Origin: Squalus acanthias
Lineage: Eukaryota
DNA length: 64,000 nucleotides
Assembly: GCA_030390025.1 (NCBI GenBank)
Contig: CM059431.1
Span: 146,508,001 to 146,572,000, forward strand
Direction of reading: 5' to 3'
This document shows, piece by piece, positions 24,901 through 37,605 of the stretch. The first letter of the stretch is position 1; each line of letters starts with the position of its first letter. A program made the position numbers and the translations under genes. The notes under the pieces are model-generated. The model made no database searches. It saw only the letters and a program-made list of their open reading frames with translations, and was not told where the DNA came from.

Positions 24901-26380
24901 CACATAATAGTCTTGCCATCAAAGTTGAAGCGCATGGAATAAAAGTGGCAGCATGGATACGAAATTGGCTAAGTGACAGGAAACACAGAGTAGTGGTGAA
25001 CGGTTGTTTTTCGGACTGGAGGAAGGTACACAGTGGTGTTCCCCAGGGGTCGCTACTAGGACCAGTGCTTTCTTGATATATATTAATGATTTGGACTTGG
25101 GTGTAAATTGCACTATTTCAAATTTTGCGGATGACACAAAACTTGGAATTATAGTGAACAGTGAGGAGGACAGAGATAGACTTCAAGAGGACTTATACAG
25201 GCTGGTGGAATGGGCGGACACATGGCAGATGAATTTAACGCAGAAAAGTGTGAAATTATATATTTTGGTCAGAAGAACGAGGAGAGGCAATATGAACTAA
25301 AGAGTACAATTCTAAAGTGTTTGCAGGAACAGAGAACCATGGGGATATGTGTACACAAATCGTTGAAGATGGCAGGCCAAATTGAAAAAGCGGTAAAAAA
25401 AAGCATACGGGATCCTGTGCTTTTTAAAATAGCGGTATAGAGTACAAAAGCAAGGAAATTATGATGAAGGTTTGTAAAACACTGGTTCGGCCACAACTGG
25501 AGCATTGTGTCCAATTCTGGGCACCGCACTTTAGGAAGGAAGTGAGGGCTTCAGAGAGGGTTCAGAAAATATTTACAGGGATGGTTCCAGGGATGAAGGA
25601 CTTCAGTTACGTGGATAGACTGGAGAAACAGGGGTTGTTTTCGCTAGCGCAGAGAAGAATGAGAGCAGATTTCGTGCTCAAAATTATGAGAGGTCCAGAA
25701 AGAGTAGATAGAGAGAAACTGTTCCCATTAGCGGAAGCGTCTAGAACCAGAGGACACAGATTTAAGGTGATTGGCAGAAGAACCAAAGGCGACATGAGGA
25801 AAAATTATTTTACTCAGCGAAAGGTTATGATCTGCAATGCAGTGCCTGAACGGGTGGTGGAGGAAGATTCAATCCTGGCTTTCAAACGGGAATTTGATAA
25901 ATACCTGAAGGGAAACTAATTGCAGGGCTACGAGAAATGGGCTGGGAAGTGGGAACAGTTGAAGTGCTCTTGCAGAGAGCCGGCACCAGCTGGACGGGCC
26001 GAATATCCTCCTACTGTGCAGTAACGATTCTATGATTCTATGACAGTGTGGATAGAAAGGTTTTCCGCTGTCTGGCGAGTCTAGGACAGGGAACAGAACC
26101 ATTAAATCAGAGAAAGGCCTTTCAGGAGAGAAGTTAGGAAATACTAATTCACGAAAATGGTGGGGGAAGTTTGGAACTCCCTCCCACAAATAGCAGTAGA
26201 TGCTGGCGAAATTAATCATTTTAAATCGGAGATCGATAGGTTTTTGCTAGCCAAGGTTATTAAAGTATATGGAGTGAAGGCGGATATATGTAGTTAGGGC
26301 AAAGATCATCCCTGATCTAATTGAATGGTGTAGCAGTCTCAAGGGGCAGATTGGTCTATTCCTGTTCCTATGGTTCTATG
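21990..26380 (+). mobile_element. Cluster of nested decayed CR1 copies (old copy interrupted by about 22066-23000 and 24705-26043)
   Basis: Repeated RT/C-terminal motifs (KAFDRVPHKRL, FADETK, NFADDTK, RPQLEHCVQFWAPH) and three 3' tails. Confidence 0.85.
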
Positions 26381-26384
26381 TTAA

Positions 26385-26775
26385 ACACACACTCCCTCCA
26401 TCACTGGTGCACCGTTTCTGCAATGGGTACTAACTACAAGATGAACTGCAGCAACTCGCCAAGGCTTCTGGGACAGCAGCTCCGGAACCGGCAATCACTG
26501 CCACCGAGTAGGACCAGGACAGCAGACGCTTGGAAACGTCCAGCTTCCAATTCAAGTCACACACCATCCTGACTGGGACATATATCACCGTTCCTTCATC
26601 GTCACTGGGTCCAAATCCTGGAAATCCCTACCTATCAACACTGAGGGAGCACGTTTACCATATGGACTGCAGCGGTTACAGAAGACAGCTCACTGCACCT
26701 TCTTAAGGGCAACTAGCTTTGGGCAATAAATGCTGGTCTTGTCAGCGAAGCCCGTATCCGAAGAATTAATTAAAA
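26385..26775 (+). mobile_element. 3' end of the second non-LTR family
   Basis: Homologous to 3740-4110. Confidence 0.75.
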
Positions 26776-27094
26776 AATCAGTGCAAATTTTCCTATTTAT
26801 ACCCATGTTACTTCATTGAAAACAAGAGGTAGAAGTTCATTGATTTATTTTAGCAATCGCAAATTTGAAATTTGAGCTAACCCTTGCCTTGTCCTGATCC
26901 CTGTGGAGTTGATTATTTAACTAGAGAATAGTGGAACTCTGGGAAAGGCTGCCGTCTCGTGCGATGGACGCCTTCTCGCTGAATTAGGGAGAATAATCCC
27001 ACATTATTCTCCACAAAGTGTCCTGCGTTTCAACTTGGTTTTTCGCCTCTCACAAGAGCTCACGTGGTTTTGGACAGGGTGGAGAAAGAATATA

Positions 27095-27796
27095 TTTGGA
27101 CTGAAATTGCGGTCGGAGACTTCCCGCGTGTAAAAGCCTCTGAACCACAAATAAAATTCGCACCTACCTGCTGCCTCGGGCCCTACGAACACTTGCGCTC
27201 CTGGGTCTCTATGCGTACGTCTTTATAAAGGTCCGCATATCCCAGGAGCGCCTGTGGTTCGCAAGTGTCGCTGGGATCATGTGGGCCGGTGCAACCAAAC
27301 AAAAAAAGCGGGATTCCCATTATGCTTATGGGGATTCAATTTACATACGGAATCTCCATAAACATAATAGAAATCACCCAAAATTAATTTTTCACAAAAC
27401 TGAAATTAAAAAAATTACGTTTAAAATTAATAAAAATACATTTTTTATACAAAATACAAATTTAATCAAAAATTTAATTGTTTGAAAATAAATTTAATAA
27501 AGGTTCCAAAAATAACCTAATCTAATTTTTAAGATTTTTTCTGTTTAAATAATTTAAAAAATATCTACTTAAATCCTCATGCTGTTAAAAGAAGGGCTCA
27601 CGCTCGCTTTTACCAGGCGTAAGTGTTTCACGGGCATTCGCTGGTCATTAGTTGGTTAAAAACTCCACTCTCCGCCACTGAATGTCCATTTCCCAGGGGT
27701 TCGTATGATCTGTCAAGCTGAAACTTGACATCGCCTGCAGAAACCCGGAATGTGCGGGGCGCGTCCTTGATCAGAGGCCCGGGAAAATCCGGGCCA
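27095..27796. mobile_element. Possible non-autonomous DNA transposon (GC-rich ends, AT-rich core)
   Basis: Weak terminal similarity ggactgaaattgc / gaaaatccgggcc; no clear TSD. Confidence 0.3.
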
Positions 27797-27911
27797 ATGG
27801 GATACACCAGAATCCTCATTATTATGAGAAGTTTCTGCTCAACTCAAACTGATTAATTAGTTATACATTTTACTTTTTTGCTTCTTTTTCAATACTGCTG
27901 AAGGGAATGAA

Positions 27912-28505
27912 TGTTTAAGGTGATGGATTGAAGTAAGATATTCTGGATACCGTCAAGACTAGTGAAACAGCGCTGACATGGGCTGGGCCCTTGGTATAAG
28001 GCCTTGCAATGCTTGTTTCAGGGAGGCAGCAATCGAGAGATATGGTAAATTCCAATGGGGGGAAGAACTACAAACAAGGTAACAAGACAGCAGGATAGGG
28101 TTGTGGAAAATTATTGGAAAAGGGAATGGCCAAGATGCTACCCTTAGTCTGAGTGACAATGGTATTTTAACCATTAGAACCAATTAAAGAAGGTGATTTT
28201 GTTAAAGACCATATATGAACAATGGCCAAACCAACTTTTGATAAGAAATGGGTTAAAAACTTGATACTCAAAGAATAAATGCACTCAGTTTTACTGCGAG
28301 AACAAAGGAACAGACTTAAGACGACGCCATCTGTGTCTGAGCGGCTCCAGAGACAAAGGGCTGCGAGATACTCGTTAAAACTATCGCCTAATGTTAACTA
28401 TATTACGCTGTAAGCTTAATAAATATTGATCTATTGCTCAAACATACTGGCTGCTGCCTATTGGTGTCTCGTCCAAGAACTCTGAGAGATCAATGAGATC
28501 TTATA
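27912..28505 (+). mobile_element. Candidate solo LTR distantly related to the ERV-B LTR
   Basis: Start tgtttaaggtgatggattgaagtaa resembles tgtaaggaatcgtggattgaaataa (63216); aataaa near 28438; end gatcttata resembles aatcttaca. Confidence 0.4.
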
Positions 28506-29600
28506 CCCCCCATGATTTTGATGGTGGGGGAATCAGCGGTGGTAAAGCCGCTAAATGTCAAAGGGCTGTGGTAAGACTCTCTCTTGTTGAATATAGTCAT
28601 TGCCTGGCACTTGTTGGCGCAAATGTTACTTGCTAGTTATCAGCCCAAAACTGAATGTTGTCCAGGTCTTGCTGAGTGCGGGCATGGATTGCTTCATTAT
28701 CTGAGGAGTTGTAAATGGCGCTGAACACTATGCAATCATCAGCGAACATCCTCTTTTCTGACCTTATGATGGAGGGAAGGTCAGTGATGAATCAGCTGAA
28801 GATGGTCGGGCCTAGGACACTGCCCTGAGGAACTCCTGCAGCGATTCCCAGTGCCTGAGATGATTGATCTCCAACAGCCACAACCAACTTCCTTTGTGCT
28901 TGGTACGACTCCAACCAATGGAGAGTTTACCCCTGATTCCCATTGACCTCTATTTTACTCGACATCCTTGATGCCACACTCGGTCAAATGCTGCATTGAT
29001 ATCAAGTGCAGTCACTCTCACCTCACCTCTGGAATTCAGGTCCATTGTCTATGTTTGGATCAAGGCTGTACAGAGGTCTGGAGCCGAGTGACCCTGGCGG
29101 AACCCAAACTGGGCATCGGTGAGCAGGTTATTGGTGAGCAAGTGCCACTTGATAGCACTATTGATGAGACCTTCCATCTCTTTGCTGATGATTGAGAGTT
29201 GACTGATAGGGCGGTGATTGGCCGGGTTGAATTTCTCCTGCTTTTTGTGGACAGGACATACCTGGGCAGTTTTCGATATTATCGGGTAGATGCCAGTGTT
29301 GTAGCTGTACAAGAACAGCTTGGCTAGAGGCGCGGCTAGTTCTGGAGCACAAGTCTTCAGCACAACAGCCGGGATGTTGTTGGGGCCCATAGCCTTTGCT
29401 CTATCCAGTGCGCTCAGCCATTTCTTGATATCACGTGCAGTGAATTGAATTGGCTGAAGACTGGTTTCTGTGATGGTGGGGAACTCAGGAGGAGGCCGAG
29501 TTAGATCATCCACTCGGCACTTCTGGCTGAAAATTGCAGCAAAAGCTTCAGCCTTGTCTTTTGCACTTGTCTTTTGGGCTCCGCCATCAATGAAACAAAG
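28506..29600 (-). mobile_element. Second non-LTR family, RT fragment
   Basis: KAMGPNNIPAVVLKTCAPELAAPL, QFGFRQGHS, GVPQGSVLGP, FADD. Confidence 0.88.
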
Positions 29601-29605
29601 AGTGA

Positions 29606-30040
29606 CTGACACTTGGAGCGGACTCCCAGGTAGATCAGTGAAGGGAAACTCTGGAAACATTGTAGAAATGATTGATGCTGACACTTGGAGCGGACTCTCA
29701 GGTAAATCAGTGGAGGGGAAAATCTGGAAACATTGTAGAAATGATTGATACTGACACTTGGAGCGGACTCCCAGGTAAATCAGTGGAGGGGAAACTCTGG
29801 AAACATTGAAGAAATGATTGATGCTGACACTTGGAGCGGACTCCCAGGTAGATCAGTGGAGGGGAAACTCTGGAAACATTGAAGAAATGATTGATGCTGA
29901 CACTTGGAGCGGACTCCCAGGTAGATCAGTGGAGGGGAAACTCTGGACACATTGAAGAAATGATTGATGCTGACACTTGGAGCGGACTCCCAGGTAGATC
30001 AGTGGAGGGGAAACTCTGGACACATTGAAGAAATGATTGA
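29606..30040. repeat. 73-bp tandem repeat, 6 copies
   Basis: gacacttggagcggactc starts at 29608, 29680, 29753, 29826, 29899, 29972. Confidence 0.95.
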
Positions 30041-30687
30041 TCCTGCGAGTGAGGTCATGTTGGAATGAAGCCACAAGGTCTCGATCACCTGCGAGGTCCG
30101 GAACGGCGATTGCATTTTCCTCCGCTTACTGCCGGCGCTCGGCCATGACAGGGATCGCCACTGGGCGGTGTGGGGTAAGGGTGGGCGGGGTATTGGGGGG
30201 AGGTGGTGTTGGCCTAGGCCGTGTGAATGGGCGGGACTGCAAAACTCGTCCTTTTAATTGAATACCAGGTTACCAATTGTTATACCCGACAAACCGCAGA
30301 CTGCTGAACAACAGGGCACAGACAGAGCAGGCGCACTGCAGGGGGGTCATACTGGATAGACCCAGGCATTCTCTGGATTCAATGTCGCCATTAATTTCTG
30401 AATTCAATTTGCTGTCTCCTGTAAATATCTTTTGTTACCGTCGTTCAGCTCGTCTGTGTAAAAATAACACGACCCTCAGCACCAGTATTTCGGGCACTTC
30501 ACACGGCGACTCTTCCCATTCTAAAGATTCCTTTTGATGGATGCTCTCGCTCACCTGTCTTTAAGTTCTTTTTCCTGGCAGAGTGTCTCGTCTCTACTCC
30601 GCCCAGGTGGTGCTTCATTCGGTCTGTACAGACAGTGTGAGAGCGATCGACAGACAGGGTTTTTTTGTTACATCTTTGCTTTTGTTC

Positions 30688-31240
30688 CGCCAGACTCGAT
30701 TATTCCAATATTCTCCTGGCCGTCCTCCCATCTTCCACCCTCTGTAAACTTCAGCTCTTACAAAACTCTGCTGCCCGTGTCCTAACTCGCACCAGGTCCG
30801 GTTCACCAACACCTCGCTGGCCTACATTGGCTCGCAGCCCAGCAACAACTCGATTTAAATTTATTGTGTTGAATCCATCCATGAATCGCTTATCCCTATC
30901 TCTGTAACATCCTCAAGCCCAAAAATCTTCCCAGAGCTCTGCATTCCTCAGATTCTGCCACCTTGTGAACCCCGATGTCCTTCGCTTCAACATTGGCGGC
31001 CGTGACTTCAGCCGTCTAGGCCTCAAGCTCTGGCAGTCCCTCCCTGTAACTCTCCACTGCTTCACCTCTCTCTCCGCATTGAAGACGCGGCTTCAAACCT
31101 ACCTCTTTGACCAAGATCCCTTGTCCTAACATCTCCATGTGTGCCTCGGTGTCAAATTGTTTGCGCTATCGCTCCTGTGAGGCACCGTGTGACGTTTCAC
31201 TTCGTTAAAGTCGCTATATGAATGCAAATTGTTGTTGCTT
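30688..31240 (+). mobile_element. L2-clade LINE 3' fragment
   Basis: RLDYSNILLA.LP...KLQLLQNSAARVL; tail cgctatatgaatgcaaattgttgttg. Confidence 0.85.
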
Positions 31241-31571
31241 TTGTGAAGCAGAGAGACAGAGCAATGGAGCGGTGGTGAGAGAGAGATACAAGGAGAGAGA
31301 GAGAAACAGACAGAGAGACAGAAATAGACTGAAATATAAAGAGAGAAGTTGGAGCAAAAGAGTGCACCTGTGTGCGTAAGAGAGAGACTTCCAATTCTTT
31401 GACTTTGATCCATCTGTCCTGTGACTAGGTCACTGGGTCCTGTGGAGTGGGATGCGGATGGCCCAGCGAAGGCCTGTTGATGTGTCGGACGCAGGAGGTT
31501 CAATATCAAACGATGTTCCTTCGTAAAATGATCATAGACTGAATTCTGGGACCAGAAATCAATTTGGACCA

Positions 31572-32545
31572 CATAGAGTCATAGAGTCATAACGGCACAG
31601 AAGGAGTCTATTCGGCCCATCGAGTCCGTGACGGCTCTCTGTAGAGCAATCCAGCCAGTCCCATTCCCCCGCCCTATCCCCGTAGACTGCAAGTTTAATT
31701 CCCTGAAATGCCTATGCAGTATCCCCTTCAAAATTTTGAGTGTCTCCGCTTCCACCACTCGCTGTGTAAAACAGATTTTCCTCACATCCCCTCTATATCT
31801 CGTGCCCAAATCCTTAAATTTGTGTCCCCTAGCCCGTGTACCATCAACTAGTGGGAACAGCCTTTCCCCGTCTTGCCTATCCAAACCCGTCATAATCTTG
31901 TACACCTCCATCAAATCACCCCTCCACCTCCTTTGCTCGAATGAAAACAAATCCAGCTTCTCCAACCTGTCCTTGCAGCTAAGATCCCCCAACCCCGGAC
32001 CCATTCTGGTCAATCTACTCTGCACCCTCTCAAGGGTCTTCACATCCTTCCTAAAGTGTGGTGACCAGAACTGGACGCAATACTCCAGTTGTGGCCTAAC
32101 CAGCGCTTTATAAAGATTCAGCATAACTTCACTACTTTTATACTCAAAACAACTATTTATGATGCCCACGATCACATATGCTTTGCTAACCACTCTCTCT
32201 ATATGTCCTTCCACCTTCAGGGAACTTTGCACATGAACTCTCATGTCCCTCTGTCCCTATACGCTCTTTAAAACATGCCATTAATTGCATATTGCCTCTC
32301 CCTGTTCTTTCTGCCTAAATGCATCACCTGACAATTCTCTGTATTAAATTCCATCTGCCACGTGTCTGCCCATTCTGCTAGCCTTTCTATGTCCTGTTGC
32401 AATCGATAGGTATCATCCTCACTGTTTGCCACAACCCCAAATTTGGTGTCTTCGGCAAATTTAGAATTTTTACTCTGTATTCCGATATCCAGGTCATTTA
32501 TATATATCAAAAAAAGCAGTGACCCAGCAATGAACCTCGGGGAAC
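31572..32545 (-). mobile_element. 5'-truncated CR1
   Basis: IYINDLD, KFAEDTK, RPQLEYCVQFWSPH; (catagagt)n tail. Confidence 0.9.
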
Positions 32546-32589
32546 ACCCAAGGAGTTCTTGATGCTTACACATTTAAGGATTTCTGTCC

Positions 32590-33055
32590 TGTATTCATAC
32601 CATGCTTTACGTGAGATGGTGTGCTTCGTTCGGTAGTGTCAGGGGAGCTGTACGCTTATTTGGACACATGTTGTATCTGAGTTCACTGTGCTTGATTAAT
32701 GTCTGTACGTTGAGATTTATATTGTACCTAACCCCTGTTTACGTGTCCTGTGAGTTTTCGATGGGACAGTGTTGAAGGTGCTTTATTCTATTTCTAACCC
32801 GTGTTGTACCTGCGCGGAGAATGGTGGATGGAACAGTGTCGAGGGAACTTTATTCTGTATCTGACCCGTGCTGTCCCTTACCTGGGAGTGTTTGATGGTA
32901 CAGTGTAGAGAGAGTTTTACACTGTATGTACCCATGCTGCACCTGACCTGGGAGTGTTTGATGGGACGGTGTGGAGGTAGTTTTACTCTGCATGTATCTC
33001 TTGCTGTAACTTAACTGCGAGTGTTTGATGGGAGAGTGTAGACGGAGCTTTAAAT
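32590..33055. repeat. Degenerate repeat of about 65-70 bp (gggagtgtttgatgggacagtgtagagggagctttactctgtat...)
   Basis: Several imperfect units; two more at about 38510-38640. Confidence 0.75.
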
Positions 33056-34072
33056 GTTATGCCCATGATTTCACCTCTATTATTGCTCCAATGTCCCAAT
33101 ACATTAATAGACCTGATGATCCCACCACATTGCCTCTGATGCCCCTTCCTGTTACAGGGAATAGACTGGTTTTAGAACACAGAACAGCTTGTTATATTTT
33201 CTTCGATGCACGATTACCTCTACCTGCCTTCCACTGCCACACTCTGCCTGATATTATGCGAGGGAGAATTTGGCGTGTATAAATCAAAAGATGAATTTTT
33301 GGTAGTGGGTCATTTTATATGGATATTCGGAGGGAAATGCTTAAGAGGCAATTTTGCGAGGCTTTCCTCCTTGCCTGGGGTCTTAGTACATGGGAACGGG
33401 GTCTCAAACAGGACTTAATATACAACATGTGTTTATTCCCAGTGAGACTGCACATTCGGAGCGGAGTATGGTCATGTGACACTGTGACACCTCGACTGGG
33501 CGGAGCTCCTGCTGCTTTGTGACATTTTTACTAGCTGCTGTATGATTGGCTCCTGGCTCCTTTGTGATGTCACCTGGAGACAGGTTTCCACCACTGGTGA
33601 CGCCTCATCATTGGTGAGTTACTGTGGGCGGAGCTGGAGTTGGAAAGAGATATTGTGAGTGAGTATAGCCCCTATAAATAGGGGTAAGGAAAGAAAAGAA
33701 CAATTTAATATTAAACAAATAATTCAATCAAATGTCATTAATTGTAAATATATTCAAATTAAATATATTCGTAGTCGGAAAATTACTCACATTGTATTCC
33801 GATCACAGTTTATGGAATTCTTAATAATCATGTTTATATTGATAGTTTCTTGGAGTTAGCAGAATCTCAGGAAGGTGCAGAGAGAGAGAGAATTCGAATC
33901 ATCACAACATTACCTGGAACTGGAAAAACGCCATTGGGCTCATATAACAGAACTGGAGGTATCATGGAGCCCAGATTCAAAGACGGGATAATACAGAAAG
34001 CTTCAGCAATGATTAGAAGGATGGGGAACTTTCCTGAGAATCAAATAAGTCCAGGATTTTGCCGAGGTGAGA

Positions 34073-35240
34073 GTCCCACACAAGAGATTGGTGAGCAAAG
34101 TTAAAGCACATGGGATTGGGGGTAATGTGTTGACGTGGATTGAGAACTGGTTGGCACACAGGAAACAAAGAGTAGGAGTAAATGGGTACTTTTCAGAATG
34201 GCAGGCAGTGACCAGCGGGGTACCGCAGGGTTCGGTGCTGGGACCCCAGCTGTTTACATTATATATTAATGATTTGGACGAAGGGATTAAATGTAATATC
34301 TCCAAATTTGCGGATGACACTAAATTGGGAGGCAGTGTGAACAATGAGCAGGATGCTAGGAGGCTACAGAGTGACTTGGACAGGTTGGGTGAATGGGCAA
34401 ATGTATGGCAGATGAAGTACAATGTGGATAAATGTGAGGTTATCCACTTTGGTGGTAAAAATAGAGAGGCGGACTATTACCTGAATGGTGGCAGATTAGG
34501 GAAAGGGGACGTGCAACGAGACCTGGGCGTCATGGTACATCAGTCACTGAAGGTGGGAATGCAAGTGCAGCAGGCAGTCAAGAAAGCAAACGGAATGATG
34601 GCCTTCATAGCAAGGGGATTTGAGTACAGGAGTAGGGAGGTGATGCTACAGTTGTACAGGGCCTTGGTGAGGCCACACCTGGAGTATTGTGCGCAGTTTT
34701 GGTCTCCTAACTTAAGGAAGGACATTCTTGCTATTGAGGGAGTGCAGCGAAGGTTCACTAGATTGATTCCTGGGATGGCCGGACTGACATATCAAGAAAG
34801 ATTGGGTCAACTGAACTTGTATCCTCTGGAGTTCAGAAGAATGAGGGGGGATCTTATAGAGACATTTAAAATCCTGACTGGTTTAGACAAATTAGATGCG
34901 GGCAGAATGTTCCCAATGGTAGGGAAAACTAGAACCAGGGGTCACAGTCTAAGGATTAAGGGGAAGCCATTTAGGACTGAGCTGAGGAGGAACTTCTTCA
35001 CCCAGAGAGTGGTGAATCTATGGAATTCTCTTCCACAGAAGGTTGTTGAGGCCAGTTCGCTAAATATATTCAAAAGGGAGTTAGATATAACACTCACAAC
35101 TAGGGGGATCAAGGGGTATGGCGAGAAAGCAGGAATGGGGTACTGAGGTAGCATGTTCAGCCATGAACGCATTGAATGGCGGTGCAGGCTCGAAGGACCG
35201 AATGGTCTACTCCTGTACCTATTTTCTATGTTTCTATGTT
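34073..35240 (+). mobile_element. Young 5'-truncated CR1 with uninterrupted ORF2 C-terminus
   Basis: Open frame to 35146 with VPQGSVLGP, KFADDTK, RPHLEYCAQFW; (ttctatgt)n tail. Confidence 0.95.
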
Positions 35241-35899
35241 TCAGAACCAACAATTAAGAAAGTTGACGCAATTCTGTACGAGCACACTAGACCCAGTTAT
35301 ACCCCACAGAGTGCACCTCCTGCAGATGGTCATGTGGGATGGGGTTATTTGGTTAGTTTGGGGGTGTGGGGGGGAAAGAAAGGGGAATCGTCAAGCCTCC
35401 AACCTCCCAAAATTGAATTAGAACTGGAGTAAGTTAGGCAATACTGCAAACACGATAGTATTAACCCGCAAAGTTCCAAGATGGTGCTCAGTGATGCTTA
35501 TGCCAGTTACCAAAAGAAAAGTTGTTAACTGTGAAGTAAATCTAAAAGTAGGTTAATGTCATCAAGTAATCTTAACAATTCAATACCTGCTGAGAACTTT
35601 TAATTAAAAAGTAACAGTATACTTTTGTCTTTGGCTCTCCTGGTGCCGAGTTTCATGCATATCAGGAGCTGGAATATGCAGCTCGAATTTTCTGCCTATT
35701 GCTTAGTATTTACACCACAGAAACAGGCCGTTTGGCCCAACAGGTCTATGCTGGTGTTTATGCTCCACACGAGCCTCCTTCCACCTTACTTCATCTCACC
35801 CTATTAACAATATCCTTCTATTCCTTTCTCCCTCCTGCGTTTATCTAGCTTCCTCTTAAATGCATCTATGTTATTCGCCTCAACCACTCCGTGGTAGCG

Positions 35900-37605
35900 T
35901 AGAAACATAGAAAAATAGAAGCAGGAGTAGGCCATTCGGCCCTTCGAGCCTGCTCCACCATTCAATATGATCATGGCTGATCCTCCATCTCAATACCATA
36001 TTCCTACTCTCTCCCCATACCCCTTGATGCCTTTTGTGTCTAGAAATCTATCTATCTCCTTCTTCAATATATTCAGTGACTTGGCCTCCACAGCCTTCTG
36101 TGGTAGAGAATTCCACAGGCTCACCACCCTCTGAGTGAAGAAATTTCTCCTCATCTCAGTCCTAAATGTCCTACCCCGTATCCTGAGACTGTGACCCCTC
36201 GTTCTAGACCCCTCAGCCAGGGGAAACATCCTCCCTGCATCCAGTCTGTCTAGCCCTGTCAGAATTTTATACGTTTCAATGAGAACCCCTCTCATTCTTC
36301 TAAACTCGTGAATGCAGGCCTAGTCGACCCAATCTCTCCTCATATGACAGTCCTGCCATCCCAGGAATCAGTCTGGTGAACCTTCGCTGCACTCCCTCTA
36401 TGGCAAGTATATCCTTTCTTAGGTAAGGAGGCCAAATCTCCACACAGTACTCCAGGTGTGGTCTCACCAAGGCCCTGTACAACTGTAGTAAGACATCCTT
36501 GCTCCTGTACTCAAATCCTCTTGCAATGAAGGCCAACATACCATTTGCCTTCCTAACTGCTTGCTGCACCTGCATGTTTGCTTTCAGTGACTGGTGTACA
36601 AGGACACCCAGGTCCCTTTGTACATCAGCATTTCCCAATCTATCACCATTTAAATAATACTCTACTTTTCTGTTTTTCCTACCGAAGTGGATAACTTCAC
36701 ATTTATCCACGTTATACTGCATCTGCCATGTATTTGCCCACTCACTCAACTTGTCTAAATCGCCTTGAAGCCTCTTTGCATCCTCCTCACAACTCACAGT
36801 CCCACCTAGTTTTGTGTCATCAGCAAACTTGGAAATATTACATTTGGTTCCCTCAGCCAAATCATTGATATATAGTGAATAGCTGGGGCCCAAGAACTGA
36901 TCCCTGCGGTACCTCACTAGTCACCGCCTGCCACCCTGAAAAAGACCCATTTATTCCTACTCTCTGTTTCCTGTCTATTATCCAATTTTCAATCCATGCC
37001 AGTATATTACCCCCAATCCCATGTGCTTTAATTTTACACACTAACCTCTTATGTGGGACTTTATCAAAGGCCTTCTGAAAATCCAAATACACCACATCCA
37101 CTGGTTCTCCCTTATCTAGTCTACCAGTTACATCCTTAAAAAACTCCAGTAGGTTTGTCAAACACGATTTCCCTTTCATAAATCCATGTTGACTTTGTCT
37201 AATCCCGTTGATATTTTCTAAGTGTCCTGTTATCACATCCTTTATAATAGACTCTAGCATTTTCCCTACTACTGATGTTAGGCTAACCGGTCTGTAGTTC
37301 CCTGTTTTCTCTCTCCCTCCTTTTTTAAATAGTGGGATTACATTTGCCACCCTCCAATCTGCCAGAACTGTTCCATAATCTGTAGAATTTTGGAAGATGA
37401 CAACCAATGCAGCCACTATTTCCATGGCTACCTCTTTTAGTACTCTGGGATGTAGATTATCAGGCCCTGGGGATTTATCAGCTTTCAGTCCCATTAATTT
37501 CTCCAGCACTATTGTTTTACTAATATTAATTTCCTTTAATTCCTCCTTCTCACTAGACCCTTGGTTCCCTCGCATTTCTGGGAAGTCATTTGTGTCCTCT
37601 TCCGT
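35900..37605 (-). mobile_element. 5'-truncated CR1 (two frameshifts) nested in an older CR1 tail
   Basis: SPGPDNLHPRVLKE, DFQKAFDKVPH, KFADDTK; host fragment 35715-35899 resumes near 37605. Confidence 0.93.

Noticed and set aside
29606..30040. CRISPR array or C/D snoRNA cluster
   Set aside because: Units are near-identical with no spacers; atgattga/ctga are adjacent and not arranged as terminal C and D boxes
34067..35146. 359-aa ORF as a host gene or active LINE
   Set aside because: It is the 3' part of CR1 ORF2, lacking the endonuclease and the RT N-terminus
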